DNA from: Massalongia carnosa
Lineage: Eukaryota
Reading direction: 5' to 3'
Assembly: GCA_965645245.1 (NCBI GenBank)
Contig: OZ287076.1
Location: forward strand, 1,364,001 to 1,428,000
DNA length: 64,000 nt
In this document: one piece after another, positions 63,101 through 64,000 of the stretch
How positions within the stretch are numbered: position 1 is the stretch's first letter
Layout: every line of letters starts with the position of its first letter
Position numbers and translations under genes: made by a program
Notes under the pieces: generated by a model
The model's database searches: none
The model's input: only the letters and a program-made list of their open reading frames with translations
What the model was told of the DNA's origin: nothing

Positions 63101-64000
63101 CATAGGAATCTGCTAAATCAAGTTATTATTCGACCTTATCCAAAATTCAATCAATGAACTCCGATAAATCCCGAGTTTTACTTTATACGGATGGATCAAA
63201 AATCGAATTTGCAACGTCTGCAGTCACATTTGCGCCAATTATGAGGAATTGGAGTAGTATTATCAATAATTTTGATCGATTTATCGAAAAAGATTGACTG
63301 ATCAAGTATCATACGATTTCGAAAAGCTGGAAATTAAGCAAACAGTCAAGCATTAAAAATGCTGAACTGCATGCAATTTTACAAGCAATGAAATGGGTCT
63401 ATAAATTGTCTAATACTAATATTTTATCGAACTTGGAAAAAACGATTTGGATTTTTTCTGATAGTATAAACGCGATAAACGAAATTCAGAACTTGAAAAA
63501 TCATATTTTCGCAAGACAAATTCGAAAGCTCGCAAAACGCTTATTTGAAAGCAATTATCAGGTGATTTTGCAATGGGTTCCGAGTCATTCGAATATTACC
63601 GAAAACGAAATTGCAGACAAAATAGCAAAGACGGGCCATAATCAAATCCTAGTCGAGTCCTCGGCTATAACATTTGATTATGTAAAAGATCAAATAAATC
63701 AAAATATGCTAACCACATGGACGAATCAATGGCAAAAATGCAAATCAAAAGGCAAATACTACGAGAAATTCGAAATGAAACCTGGCATATCGAGATTTTA
63801 TTATTTATCAAACAACTGTTCCAAATTGATATTTGCTACTATTATGCAATTAAAATTCGGACACGGCTATTTTCGATCATATTTACATCGATTGAAAGAT
63901 TATAATTCGTCAAAATGCTCAAATCGATGCAATCAACGACAAACGCCAGAACACTTGTTATTGAATTGCATTCATTATTTCGATGAAATTCAAAACATGA
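60160..64000 (+). pseudogene. LINE-B ORF2: endonuclease and RT (981 aa open), then RNase H after TAG 63103-63105 and TGA ~63296
   Basis: LFQEPW, CGDFNAHH, GSDH, KACGPDAI, YRIITLL, DVKGAFD, GIPQGSPISP, FIDD; YTDGSK, NAELHAI, FSDS, QWVPSH, NEIADK. Confidence 0.95.

Larger units (their letters stand above)
57711..64000 (+). mobile_element. Near-intact LINE-B (Tad1-like with RNase H), running off the window end
   Basis: 5' UTR of ~0.87 kb, ORF1 and ORF2 with endonuclease, RT, RNase H and zinc finger. Confidence 0.95.

Overview
This window is eukaryotic, almost certainly from a filamentous ascomycete, and consists of nested transposable elements. I found no host gene, tRNA, rRNA or CRISPR array. 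Most boundaries are fixed by target-site duplications (TSDs). Contents: (1) a decayed Ty3/gypsy chromovirus (205-8399, TSD ATGTC) inside a Copia gag relic; (2) three ~1.03-kb solo LTRs of one family; (3) a MULE (9115-11809); (4) a non-autonomous LTR element (11946-16986) whose interior is one long orphan Ser-rich ORF; (5) two Tad1-like LINE families, A (no RNase H, AATC/ATC tail, 3 copies) and B (AT-rich, RNase H, ~0.87-kb 5' UTR, about 9 copies or fragments); (6) a Fot1/pogo relic whose TIRs lie 17.7 kb apart because of nested insertions; (7) a deleted Tc1/IS630-like element; (8) a young Copia (51554-57456) with apparently identical LTRs. The most interesting signals are a covarying multi-stem RNA structure in the LINE-B 5' UTR, the orphan-ORF LTR element, and an in-frame TGA between gag and pol plus a hairpin array in the leader of the young Copia. 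All alignments were done by eye; boundaries without a TSD are approximate.
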